From contig NC_068989.1 in NCBI RefSeq assembly GCF_001194135.2, forward strand, positions 38,363,298 through 38,427,297: 64,000 nucleotides of DNA. The letters are read 5' to 3'. The position numbers and the translations under genes are program-made. The notes under the pieces are model-generated. The model had not been told where the DNA came from and searched no databases. It saw nothing but the letters and a program-made list of their open reading frames with translations. This DNA is from Octopus bimaculoides (lineage: Eukaryota). Of the stretch, positions 1 through 12,819 are shown piece after piece (the first letter of the stretch is position 1; each line of letters starts with the position of its first letter).

Positions 1-2028
1 ATATAAACACTAGTGGTATCTATAATTTATTGGCATATTTACATTTATAGTATCTAAACTTGTAGGAAAGTAATTGTCAGAATTTGATTGGTTAAAAGAT
101 TGTATGGGGAAGGGTAGAATAGTGACATGGAAGTAGTAATGTTAAACTAATTATTAACAAAGGATTTAAGATTTAATCAAAGTTAACTTTTGATGTTACA
201 AAAACAAAAGAAAAAGAACGAAAGAGTATTACTTATCTAAATTTAATCAGATCATTGTTAAAGAGGTGCTAATTTATATCTGTTACAGCTTGATTGTGAA
301 TTTGTTTACTTTGTCCAGTATTTTAGTGTCAACTCTAACATTAAATCTAAGAAATCTATTAGCATTATTGATTGGTAGTTGTTGTTAAACTATTATGTAT
401 TTAAGACCATAATTAGCTTGACTAATGTTTCAAATCTATAATTAACCTATTGAAAAAGGATAGCAGCTTGAGTTATCTAAGATTAGTTACTTACCTTTTC
501 ATCAGACAGAGATAGCTGTGTATAGCTATAAAAACATTTCATTTATCCATTGATTAAAAACTAAACTGTTTCAGAAATATACACCAACACACACACAAAT
601 ATTTGCTGATACATATTTGCAACCATTTTTCAGTGCTACAATAATGGTGAGGTGATGTTTAATAGATTGAGGTTTAGTGTAAAGACTTCTCAAGAGAGAT
701 TGTTTCCTTTTGGACATGTTCCCTGACACAATTTAATCAGCTGTTTATTTATATTTTAGACAGTCTGAATCTATTAGAGCGAATACATCTAAAGATTCAA
801 TTCATTTGTGCAAGCCCTTATTCTTGAAAATATGGTCTTCTTAGACTTTCAACTCCTCATAGAGTGTAGGTTGTGAAGACATACCTTCCCAATTTTTCTG
901 TCCAGGCAATCCTTTCTAACAACTTCCAATCCTTTCCATTTCATTCATGGTCCTATTTCTCAGGAAATTATGGTACTTATGAACCATGTGACAGCATGAG
1001 TGTTATGCTTTTTGTGTATACATTTCTGTTTATGTTCTGAAGCCAAAACAAATTCTATCATCTCTAGCAGAGCCCTGACCAGAAAATAGTTTCTTTTATT
1101 TGAGATGCCTTCTGTTGCTATTAGCAAGAAATATTTTTATGCAGTAAGGCTAGTAAACCTATAAATAACACTGGAGTGAAAGACAAGGTCTGAGCTTAGA
1201 GACCTTTAAATGTATCAGAATCACAGATAAACACTTGGATGGCAATCTTTGTATATTCTGGATGGAATCCTCGCCTACATAGAAATCTTTCTTTCTCTGT
1301 GCATGTGTGTTTACACACACACACACAAATACGTATGCACACACGTCTGAAATTCTCAGTTATATTCTATATTTATGTTTAATGTGTATAGTGTGCATAA
1401 GTTCACAATACATTAGTTCGTCCTCTGCTCCCATCTCTGTTGTCACACTTGCTCTTTCCTTCTACATCACCACCCTCGTAAGACCTAACCACTACCACTT
1501 CTACAGAAGGACTCTTTCTGTTGCACATCCATGGACGTTATGTATATGCTTAAATGTACTTTTGCAATTCAATGTATATTGGGCTGTCAACTGACTCTCA
1601 ACTGTCTGATAGGTTTGCAGAGTAATTCAGGGACAGTGAGCCATCTGCTACTTGACATTTTTGCTCCACCAACCACTTCACACAAAACTTTTTCTTTGGT
1701 TATCAAAGCTGAATGTTCTATTTCCCTCTTTCACAAGGACCAGGAGCTTGTCTTGTTTCTACAAACTTTTACACTAACATACAACTATCAAAACACTCAT
1801 CCCCACATCTTTTCTTTACTTCATCTCAAAAGGTACCATTTTCTCCTGGTTTTCAGCCCTTCTGTCTTCCTCCTCTGTTTTCTATTCTTTCTGAAAAATA
1901 CAATGTCCTAAACATAAAAGACATTCAATTCTTCCAAACATTAAACTAATACCCTTTCATCAAACATTGTTTTTTCCTTGGGATTTTTTCTATGACTTTT
2001 ACTTGTTTATGACTTTTCATTTATATTA

Positions 2029-2520
2029 CCATCATGAGATGTTTATATTCCATTCTGGCATGGGTTGTACAGGTTTTCAACATCCCAGTCAATTTTTACT
2101 CAGAAAACCTAGACGGATTTGAGGACCATGTTTTGCCTAAACATTTCATTTTTGTCTTGGTTTCTAAGGCTGGATTTCTTTCTTAACTCTATACAAATTG
2201 TCCTGGAAGCATTTTATTGTGGCACCAGCATGGGAAAGTTTCTCATATCCTCAGCAGAACTAAAGGGTTCTCTTGATATAACACTTTCAGAGCATATTAG
2301 ATGAATTTCCTCTTGGCAAATGCACTAAAGCAGTCGTCATTTCTTTGACAAGACCGATCTTGTCAGATTTATGCCACTTTCACTCAGGCCTGCTTGACAC
2401 ATGCCTCATTTCTCTTATAATCAGTCTTACCCTCCAGATCTCATAATGAGTGCTCTGCTCAATCTTTCTTTCTCACAGTGTGAACTCTCACACCATTCTT
2501 GTTTTCCCTGATCATCAACT
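2029..2520 (-). mobile_element. Decayed RTE LINE 3' end
   Basis: Minus strand ends in ACCCATGCCAGAATGGAATATAAACATCTCATGATGG, matching the tail of the RTE copy at about 50385-50428; upstream sequence is stop-riddled RT C-terminus-like. Confidence 0.55.
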
Positions 2521-2929
2521 GACCAAAGTTTAAATTAAGATTGAATAACAGCTATATTGATCTCAGGTGGCATGTGAAAATTATTGGCTCTGCCTCATAC
2601 AGATGAACGACATTTGAATGTTATTGATACTGCCGCTTGTAGAGTGCAGTGAAGGTTATCAATGCTGCCTCACCCCTGTCTAAATGATAAAGATCAACTA
2701 GACGCAGTTGATGATTTTGCTGAAGATAAGAGCATGGGAGTAAGTCTTCAGTAGAGATGAAGTTTCACCAACGTTCTCTCTATTTTCCCTCACTGGTCTC
2801 CACTTGAGGTTTTCAACTTAGTTAAGTAACAAAAACTGTTGACGATTTACAATTTTGTTACATTATGTTTAAATTATTGAATCTTCAGTTTGAGGGTGAT
2901 GAAAGGTTAGCATGATCAAGTTTTTAAAT

Positions 2930-3400
2930 TTCATGTGAAAAAGCAGGTAGAGTTGTGTAGATAGAGAAGGAGAGATGGAAATGAGTATTACTGAGATTGT
3001 TCTGTATGAAGGTCAAAACAAAGTTGGCAGGAAATGTTGAGTCTTTTTCAGAAGTTGTGCTGCTTAATTCATCTTGGTTTAGAAGTGATGAGCAGTAACA
3101 TTTGGTAGAGTAAAGACATATTCTTTGCAAGAGATTTGAAGTTTATTTTGTAATTTGTATGTGGGAGATCTTGCAGGTTGTATAATGTCTTTGTTTTTCA
3201 GAATAGTATCAGTGGGTAAAAAGTCTCCAAGGTGAAAGGCAACCTCCAGATCACGTAGGAGGTATTCTTTGCTTCAGCCTTTTGTTGGATATACATGATA
3301 AAGGAGGAAGAAATTTAACAGATTAATGAGGGAATTGAAAGTTGGCAGCAGAGGAACTGCTGTAGGTGATCCATCAACATGTCTCTAGTTTGAGATATGA
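2930..3400 (-). mobile_element. Highly decayed LINE (CR1/Jockey-like) AP-endonuclease fragment
   Basis: Minus-strand translation LLRDLEVAFHLGDF resembles the APE 'xxLGDFN' motif; many stops and frameshifts. Confidence 0.3.
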
Positions 3401-4379
3401 GTTAGTTATTTCAGAATATAATGCAAATAACCAGTAATCTTCCGGAAATTTATGACAAATAAAGTCTGATGCATGATCATGAGAAGCTATTGATTAAGGG
3501 ATTCACAAGTGACACTGCAACTTACATCAACTTATAATAAACATAATGCAATTTTCACCATCACTCAGTTAATTTCATCCCCACTATTTAATCATACTCT
3601 CAAGTGTATATATGTGTGTGTGTGTGTTATTGGATGAAATTGATTGGAATGATGAGTTACAATGAAGCAAAAATGAAATATAAATGTAAGTTGATCATTA
3701 TGGTAATTGATTCAAAACAAAACAACACCATCAACACGTGAGAAAAAAAAGTACAAGAATGCAAAAAAAAAAAACAAAAAAAAAAACAAAAAAAACAGAG
3801 TTGATGAATTTATTAACTTTAAAAATAGTAAGAATAGAATACTATGATAGATGAATTGAGTTAGATACAAAGCATATGAAATGAATGAAATAATACAAAG
3901 TTTGAGACACTTAAATAGACACCAACAGTGTGAGAAGGAGAATTTTTCCTGAATGGTAGCTGCATATTGTAATTTTAGTATAAATGATTTAGTAGACCTT
4001 CATAGTGCAAAGAATGCAGAGATTATTGTTCCCATGTATGCTTTATATAAAGTATATTCCCTCTTACTTGGAAGAATATTGAATTCTGTTTTAATGAAGT
4101 GTGCTGAATTCTCAGTTTATGCCTGTCATAGTTTTTAAAAGAATGCATGTAATAATAAAATCTAGATTTAAAAGGATAAGCTTTAGAATTATTGATAGTA
4201 GTAACTAAACATTGGTACATTATGCCTTTAACCAAATAGATTCTAGAGAACAGTTTTTGATATCTGTACAGTTTCAGAGACTGGTGCAATATCATTTACT
4301 AGTTTTATTAGATCTAAGCTAAGATGTGTTAGAAAAGGCTAAATTATGGTCAAAGTTTGATACCATTTTTATTAAAGAT

Positions 4380-4650
4380 ATGATGACATCTACAATTTAA
4401 AGGGAAATGCTTTTAAAGAGTTTAAGGAAGTTTTGAGTTGTGTAGAGACTGAATGGATTGAAAACACCTGGCAATGCTTATTTCTCTGCTATTGTTTTAA
4501 GTGGAGTGGGAAATAGATATTGTTGCATCAAAGACACTTCTGGTTGAGGCATCAGTGTAGTATTGGGATGCATTATGGGAAATTTGTTTATTGGCCGAAA
4601 GTAGAGAAAATCTAAGTGAGAACTTTGAAGCCAGGTTATGAATTGTATGT
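4380..4650 (-). mobile_element. Highly decayed LINE (CR1/Jockey-like) RT fragment
   Basis: Minus-strand SQYYTDAST sits in a context resembling 'HSYADDSTL'; degenerate. Confidence 0.3.
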
Positions 4651-5814
4651 CTGAAGTGAGTTACTATGTCTATAAATGTAAATATCTCATTAATTTTGTG
4701 TTATAATTGATATAGTGAATTAGAGGAGTCATGAGCAACATTGAGTTATAACCATTAATCACAAGAAACCTGTGTTCTTAAAGAAATTGCAGAATGCTTA
4801 CAGAATTAATAATAACTAGGATAACTAGTCTATTATCGTGATAAAAACTATCTGTGATTTTAATTTCCTGTACGATGTACAAATCAAGGAGGTAGCTGAT
4901 TTCAGCTTAGTCCTGAGCACTTATGGTAACATTGTAATATAAATACTTTCTTTTTGACAGTGGCAACTTCTGTTTTCACCAACAGATTTCATTCACTGCA
5001 CACACAAACATATATATAGTTACACATTCATGTTTTTTCTTTCCTCTCACGCATACACACATGCAGACACTTATACCAGTGAATAAGTCCACTAAGTTAT
5101 TTTGTTAATAATTACTGATTATTTCATTAAACTCTAATGTTTACTGTTCATTTTATTCTTTGTTATTAATTTTCCTTTCTTGAACTGCTATTAAGTTGAA
5201 AATTTATGACCACACTTATTGATATTTAAAATATAAACAGTAGATTCATTAGAGAGAGCTATTTTTCACAATTATCTATCTTTTATCCTTTATTTATGTC
5301 TTAACTTTATTTCTCTCTCTTTTTGTCTGCCTGTCTCACATTCTTTATCCTCTAAATAAATCTCCCTTTCTTTCCCATACTTTGTATATATACATATATG
5401 CTTATGTGTATGTGTGTGTGTGTGTGCATATCTGTGTACATGTATATGTGTGTATGTCAGAAAGAGAGGGAGAGAGAAAGAAAGTAGCTGGTTGATCATC
5501 TCAAACTGTATAGTTCCTGTTATACACTTACTTTATTATTGATAAACTGACAAGTGAGTTTAAAGAAGTTTATCTGATTTCATTTAATTCCTTGCAATGT
5601 AAATAGTGCAATAAAAACTGTTGTGCACAGAAGACTCCATGAATTATTTCAATAAATCAATGACATTGAGTCATATGATGGTACAGACAGAAAACCCACC
5701 AGTTAGGCAGATAAACAGTTTTATTATTAATGCTCTACTTATCATTATTGTTGTTGTTGTTACTATTATTATTGTTATTATTATAATTATCATCATCAGC
5801 CTTTAGTGAGAGAA

Positions 5815-6040
5815 CAGTGATGGAATCAGTGAAGTGTTAGAGCAAAAAACATGATGTGACTTTTGGTATTTAGTTATGTCTCTTTAGGTTCTGAGTTCAA
5901 ATGCTGACGAGGTCATGTTTCACTATTCAGAGGCCACCAAAATAGATATTAGTTAAATATTGGAGAAAGAGGAAATTTGCAACCAACTATTACATCCTTA
6001 CGTACCTCCTACCCACCCCAAGATATGTGGCTTTGTGCCT
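5815..6040 (+). mobile_element. Decayed tRNA-derived SINE (Deu/Nin-domain-like family)
   Basis: TTCTGAGTTCAAAT B-box-like motif followed by GAGGTC...AAAATA, shared with copies at 16.8-18.0 kb and 60.3 kb. Confidence 0.5.
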
Positions 6041-6079
6041 AAGTGACAGATTATTAATTAGTAGGTGTGTATGTGGGAT

Positions 6080-6620
6080 CTGGCAGCCAACTTGATTTTT
6101 ACATACCACTCAGACAGTGGTGTGGATGAAAGGGGTGTTCTGTTTGAACATTTGTTACTTGATGCCAGTGTAAAGACTTTCTGTATGGTCTGTAACATCT
6201 GAATCTTCTTCAAATCAATGTCATAAACATACAAAAAGATCACAGCTGGAACACTTTTTATCAAATGTCTGCTTAATCAGAACTGAAACTGGGGTTTAAC
6301 AGCTTGGAGAATCTGTTTGTTGGTTCCAAGGATTTTCAGCTTTGAATGAGAAAAAACTTTCAGCAAAGTATTTAGTGTGAAATCTGGGGTCAAGCTGAGG
6401 TACACTAAAGATAACGGGAGGAGGAGATACATGTGAATCTGGTGAGTTGGATTCAAGTTTGTGTGCAACTTGCTGGGTCAGAGAGAATTAAAGACACAGA
6501 AGAAATAGAATTTTGGTAGGGGACAGTGGTTGACATGTTTTGGTAACTGAATTGTTGAAGATCTGCCAGATGGCTTGCTTTTAGATTTAGACTAGGATGA
6601 GTGAGAACTGGATAAACTCA
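6080..6620 (-). mobile_element. Decayed LINE (CR1/Jockey-like) RT N-terminal region
   Basis: Minus-strand CSNRTPLSSTPLSE resembles 'PSNYRPISLTPVLSK'; C/A-rich strand composition typical of LINE sense strands. Confidence 0.35.
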
Positions 6621-6684
6621 GAGTTAAATGATTTAAGACATGACTAAATTTATGAATCAATAAATTGAGAGAGGGAGAGAAAGA

Positions 6685-6691
6685 AAGAAAT

Positions 6692-6720
<29 letters not shown>
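6685..6720. repeat. (GA)n microsatellite
   Basis: Direct inspection. Confidence 0.9.
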
Positions 6721-6722
<2 letters not shown>

Positions 6723-7224
6723 CAGCTGAATATATTGATAAATAATTTGAGTGGTAGTTGATTAGATATAGATAGAAAACAGAAAGAGATTGCTTGTAGA
6801 TGGAGAAAGAAAAAAAAAGTAGATAAATGGATTGGCAGATAGATTGATAAAGATATAGACAGATAAGAGTATTGTTTGATAGTAAGACAGCTGGTTAGTT
6901 TAAATGAAGAATGGATGTGTAGACAGATTAGATACAGTAATCGACAAATAAGAAACTGCAAACAGGTTTAATGTTTAATGAAGAATGTTTAGAATTGGGG
7001 AAAAATTATGTGCACTAGATGCACTGAAATTATAAAGAGACTAAACAATTGTGTATTAACAAGCATGAGCTACCTGAATGGCTTATATAAGTTCTATTAT
7101 ATGGAGAATATCATTACTTGTGGATATAAAGGGGTTAAGTTTAAAGTAACTGGGAGAATTGTTGTCTCTAGTCTTAAAAAAGATGTTCTCTTTCTATGAA
7201 ATTAGACATGTGTGAAACGTGACT

Positions 7225-7420
7225 TTTGTTGTTGTTTAACCCTAGGTTAGTCCTTTTGAGCTGACCTATACTCAAGTGTTTCAGCTATAACCATCTTGTC
7301 ATTCTTATAGGAGTTATTTTTTTTTGGAACTACTTTGTCTAATGGTTCTCACTTTTTGAGATAATAGGGAACAATTTGAGAGCAATTTGGTTGCTATTTC
7401 TAACAGATCTGGTGAATATG
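7225..7420 (-). mobile_element. Interspersed repeat (SINE-like family with GAAATAGCAGCCAAAT-type head)
   Basis: Reverse complement resembles the copies at 10190-10400 and 58575-58780. Confidence 0.5.
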
Positions 7421-7607
7421 TTGAGACTCACACATTCTACAGCAGTATAATATTGGTATAAATGAAGACTTGTCATAAATCGATTCCAGTTTATTTTTGT
7501 TGTACTTTTAGAATTAACAACATATATATATTGTAGCTCAATGTGTGAAAATAATTGCTACATTTCATGTTGCAGATGGAATAATTTTTTCATGAAGTAT
7601 TTTAAAT

Positions 7608-7850
7608 TATCATCATCATCATCATCAATATTTTTATACTATTTTTTTCCTATAATGGTAAGGGTTGGATGAAGTGATTGTTCAGCTAGAGAATCCTCCC
7701 TACCCTATATTGATTCCTAGATTAGTTAGCTGCCATATCTCACACTTATCCTCCATTTTCAGCATGGTTTCTGTAGCTGGATGCCTTTCTTACCACCGAT
7801 TAATTTAGAACATGCTCTGGGTGCATTTTATCAGGTCACTGATTCTAGAG
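7608..7850 (-). mobile_element. RTE-derived 3'-UTR remnant
   Basis: (CAT)n tail plus AGCTGGATGCCTTTCTTACCACC, related to segments at 20.9, 51.3 and 57.1 kb and to the RTE 3' UTR at 50.3 kb. Confidence 0.5.
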
Positions 7851-8184
7851 AGATTGTCCAGCATCAGACAGTAATTTCATATGGTAAAACATCCCCGATA
7901 CAATGATGAATATAGTCAAGCTGATAAGGGAGGCAAATTTTCTCCAAGTCACATCTATATGTGTCCTTCCTTTTGTTAAAGCATGATGCATCAATGTTTT
8001 TTGTTTTTTTTTTAAATAAAACGTTATATTAAGAAAGATGGGACGGGAGAAAATGGAACACATATGATAATAGATATACTTGATCAGAGTGGACCAGTTA
8101 GAAGCTAAATAAGAGCAACAACAAAAAGAACATAGTAATGACTTAATAATTACAATAACATGACTATAAAGGCATACAAGATAT

Positions 8185-9072
8185 AGATGCAATATGGACA
8201 CATGTTTATCTGAGTTTTTGTTTCCCTCATACTCCACTAGTTCTGGAAGACCGTTGTTCCAAATTGCTCCCCAGACCATCACAGAATAGATATCGTATTT
8301 AATTGTTGGCTGCAATTTTTTCACATCAAATTCTTGATCACAGTGTCTCCAGACCCACACTCAACCACTGGCAGAAAACACAGCAAATCTGGACCCATCA
8401 GAGAATATGACAGTGTCCCAAAATGCTAGTGGCCTCTCCAACATCTCACTAATCCAATCTTTTCTCTGCTTGATATTAGCTGGTCAAAGAAGTGGCTTCC
8501 TTCTTGCTGCTCTGCTATAGTAGTCAAGTTTGTGGAGATACCTGACAACTATTTTGGGACTGACAACAACTTGTTCTACTATGTCAGAGGCTTTGCAATG
8601 AAGATTATCCTCCACACTTCTCTTAACAAAGTGAAAGGTCTTGTCAGAAGGCTCTGGTTGACCTGGGTGAGGTGTTGCAGACACCTTCCTATCTCTGGTG
8701 AATTGCACAGTCACTCTATTAACTGCAGAAAGTGGGATCCCAAGGTTTTTTGTGATTTTACACTGACTATGTCCTCTTTCAAATTGACTCACAAAACAGC
8801 CTCTTTGAAATTCAGACAGTTCCAAGGCTTCTTGTGTATGTGGCATGATTAAACAGTCACATATAGAACCTGAAACATAAAAATGTCAATTAATAAAAAA
8901 TATAAACCTTTTCAAGTTAAAATAAACATAAAACGATGTTTTATGGGGTGTCTATTTCTGTCATGCCTGTGTGATTCTAAGTTCAATTTAAACTATGAGG
9001 CATCTTGGGCAAGTGCCTTCTGCCACACACATTGGAATAACTTATTTCAAAATTGTGCAATGTGCATGTATG
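8185..9072 (-). mobile_element. Tc1-family DNA transposon relic, 3'-truncated
   Basis: ORF 8484-8846 gives the Tc1 paired HTH domain (LSEFQRG...LGIPLSAVNRV...AARRKPLL). Downstream are VIFSDGSRF (first catalytic Asp) and VMVWGAIW. Stops and frameshifts present; no second D or E. Left boundary approximate. Confidence 0.85.
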
Positions 9073-10029
9073 TATTGTGTGATGTGAAGTGACAGGCTTG
9101 GAAAGACAGGAAAAAAAGGGCATCAGCAAACAAAAACAAGTTTGTTGAAGATAGGCTGGATGATTGGTATATTTTGTTGGTGCAATGTAAGGAACAGAGG
9201 TGTGAAAGTTTTGGGTTGCAATACAGTGTGCTGTTGTAAAGTGAGGTATTGTTAGGAAATGTAAATGATGTGCTTGCCCCTACTAAAAAAAAAATGGTGT
9301 GGAAGAGCAATTGTGGGAGACTATTAATAAAAAGAATTTATAGGAGAGAGAGAGAGAGAGAGAACCTCCTCAAGTAAACTCAACAAGGGTACCAGCCATA
9401 CAAATATTGTAGATTAAACACAAGAAGACAAAGAAGACAGCTGAACCATCAGGTATAGTCGATGAAATGTCCTACATATCTAGCAGAGTACTAATTAATT
9501 GGTTATGTTTGTCACATGCATAGTCATTCAAGAAAGGACATAAACCAATGATTGATGCAGTAATACAGAAGGGGCCTCAACCAATGAATGATGAGGAAGG
9601 CTCATAAGAAAGGGTTGTTGCAGTGGCAACATTATCACTGTGACAAGCGTAAAGATGCACAAGAGAAATGTAACTATGGCGTGTCCAACTGATTGCTTGC
9701 AGTCTGTTCTATTGTTGGTTGTTTGGAAGTGACATCTAATACGAAAAATGAAGATATAAATTTTAGGAAGACTTCACAAGCATTTACTGTTGTTGTTCTC
9801 CTCCTTCTTTGAAATTTGCAAAACTTGTACTCTTACACATTTTAAAGTTCAGGGCCAATTTCAATTTCTTGACTCTTGCTTATACTCTCTCAATATCTTG
9901 ACCCTTGCTTATATATACTATTATCAAGCCCTGTTGTCTTCCTCTTTCACCTCAAATGAATCTTTGTTGATTTTCACTAATTTAATTGAGTTACTATAAA
10001 AGTCTCCAAATATTTTCTTTAAAGTATTT

Positions 10030-10400
10030 TTAGCAGTAAGAGGTGCCATGAAAGGATCCCTTGACTACTAGAAGTGGTAACTAAATTTCCTGTAAATGGC
10101 ATTATACTGTCTTGAATAAAGTCATATTGGAACCTGTAGACTTAATATGCCTCTGAAAATATAAAATCCAAGAAAGGATTCTCTTTGGTTAGAATAGTTT
10201 TTCATGCTGTTAAGAATAGCAGTAAAGTCTTTCTTAAATTGCACTCTGTTGTCTTAAAAAAATACAATACAGATTAGATAATGTGATCCACTGCTGAGGG
10301 AAAAATAAACAATCTGGTCATAATTGAAACATCTTTGATTGTATGTCTGTTCAATCAGGATTGACTAGAGACTAAACAACAACACGATGAAGTACTCAAG
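10030..10400 (+). mobile_element. Interspersed repeat, two partial copies in tandem (SINE-like)
   Basis: GTCTGTTCAATCAGGATTGAC...CTAAACAACAAC (about 10343-10385) matches 58725-58770. Confidence 0.55.
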
Positions 10401-11629
10401 GATCTTGGTTTGCTTGCTTGGGTAGACTGTGACAAGCATTTGTAAGATTATGACAAATGACATTGTGATGATCAATAGTTTAGGACCTAAAACTTTCTGT
10501 TACTTTGTATTGAATATAATGAATAAACAGTGGTCACTGAAGTTTATAAGTATCTGTAATTTCTAATTTTTATCAGAAGAAGCATGTAGATGTTCAGATT
10601 AATGGCCTGTAAAATACTTCCAATAAATTATTGGAGGCAACTATAGTTGAGCTAGCAACCTAAAGACAGTCTGGCTAGAGGACATTGCTGTTTAAATGGC
10701 TAAGATGGAAGAATAAGTGAAGAGATCCTTAATTATTCAGACATCTTAGCCAGTTTATTAAACGAGGTAAATTTGATGCTTTAAATAATTTTCTCCAAAA
10801 TTTAGATTACATATTTGTATATACATGCATGTGCAAACACAGACCTAAAAACATTCATTGGAAATTTAAGGTAGGTAGAGAGAGAAACACAAGTTTGAGA
10901 TGGTCAAATCCAGTACCAACAAAAATAATTACTGGACTTGATATGACCAAGTTAAACATCTTGAAAACAGTGATCCCAACATGGCCACAGTTTACAGAAT
11001 GAAACAAGTGAATACTTAATATAAACTCACAGAAAACACATGGAAATACATTACTGCACAAAAACGTAAACTGTAACATAGACACTTGCATTCAGGAGAA
11101 AATGCTTATACACATATATGTTACTCTTTGAAAGACTAGCTACTCTGCTCTTTGATAGATTCCATGAAGTACTAAGTTCAGATGGGAATGGGAAACGAGC
11201 CCAGAGTTGGAGTTTGCACCTTGCATCAATGAGATTGGGTCTCAACTGTAATGATTAAGCTACAGAGTTCCTGCCACTACACTTACTCATAATAGCGATT
11301 GTCTGCCATGTAATTCACAATGTAATTACCTCACAAGCTCTAGAGGCATGGTGTCTGTTCAATAGAGCTGTTTCTCTATCTGACACTAATTGTTATAAAA
11401 TCTCAGCAATTCATAACACTGCCTGAATCATCAGTTTCACTTGCTGAGAACAGTTTACACTTTGACTTTGTTTCTGGTGAGGAGAGAGAAAATTCAACAC
11501 CCAGCTGTTTGTAAAATTACTTGTTTAAGCAGTATGTAACAGTCCATTTTCAAAAACTGTCCAACTCATGCTAGTACTGAAAATTTGAAATAAAGTAACT
11601 ATATATAGGTTCAAAAAAAAGGAAAAAAA

Positions 11630-11815
11630 CAGCAACAAAAAACAACAACGTGAGGACGTGATACAGATTGTGTTACTAGACGCTGGGGAAAGGAAAGAGA
11701 GAGAATATGACGTTTCGAGTGGAGCTGTTTGTCGGAAACAAGGAAAGTTCAAAGAAGGGAAAAACGGAGGAAGAAAAAATATATAGCCACCGATGTCCAC
11801 GAGGTTACATTGTGG
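11630..11815 (-). mobile_element. Putative PLE terminal (pseudo-LTR-like) repeat carrying a decayed hammerhead motif
   Basis: CpG-rich island; minus strand reads TTT-CCGACAA-ACAGCTCCACTC-GAAAC-GTC at 11738-11709. Confidence 0.5.
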
Positions 11816-11885
11816 AAGGACCGGAAGGGGAAGGGGTGGAGGAAAAGTTCTTTCTAAGACAGGAGAGTGCAAGAGGGAGGTAAGT

Positions 11886-12214
11886 ATGTGTGCGTGCGTG
11901 CGGGTCTCTGTGTGTGTGTGTGTGTGGTTTGGCTGTTTATCTGTTAATGTGTGTGTGTGTGTGTATCGTGTGACGTAGTGGAAGGAATTAGTAGCTGGAA
12001 TAGTTTGGGAGTGGTTGTGGACAATGGTCAGTAGAAAGAGGGCTGACAGTTTTTGAGTATGTGTGTGGGCGTGTATGTGAGTGTTGTGTGGGTGTGATTT
12101 TCTAGCAGTGTGTGCCTGTATTTTTGTGTGCGTGTGTGTGTGTATATATATGTGTGTATACGTGTGTGTGTATATGTGTGCGGTTTGCTCTGTGGGTCGC
12201 ACGTGGGTTATTTC

Positions 12215-12246
<32 letters not shown>

Positions 12247-12812
12247 ATATGCGCAGTATGTGTGCGTGCATGTGTTAATGTTTGTTGTGTGTGTATGTGT
12301 CTTGTGTGTGCCCATGTATATGTGTGTGTGCGTATGATGTGTCTGCATGTATGTATACTTGGGTGTGTGTGTGAGTGCGTGTTGTGTATGTGTAGGAGTT
12401 ATGTGGGGTTCATTTGCATGTGTGTGTATGTGGGTTCGTTTGTGTATGTATGTGTATGTGTATATTGTGTATGTTTTTGTGCGTGCGTGTGTGTTTGTAT
12501 GTGTGTGCATGTTGTGTATATGTGCGTTCCTGTGTACGTGCGTTTGCTTCTGTACGTGCGTGCATGTGCGTGTGTTGTTTATGCCCATGTGTGTGTGATT
12601 GTATGCGTGTCTGTGTGAGTGTGTTGTGTTTGTGAGAGGTGTGTGTGCGAGTATGTGTGCGTATGCGTGTGTATGTGTGTGCGTGTGTTTATGTGCGTAT
12701 GTATATGTGTGCGTGTGTATGTGTATGTGGGTGTGTGCGTGTGTGTGTGTATGTGTCTGGATGTGCGTACGCCTGTGTGTGGGGGATAGTGAGTGTTAGG
12801 TACGTGTGCGTC
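11886..12812. repeat. Compound (TG)n/(TGCG)n/(TATG)n microsatellite, about 930 bp
   Basis: Direct inspection; source of the many C/V/Y and H/T-rich spurious ORFs. Confidence 0.95.
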
Positions 12813-12819
12813 GGAGCAA

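Noticed and set aside
9436-9475. CTGAACC...ATC/GAT...GAAATGTC resembling a decayed hammerhead
   Set aside because: G8 and A9 are both wrong, helix II has only 3 bp and helix I only 2 bp; indistinguishable from chance.
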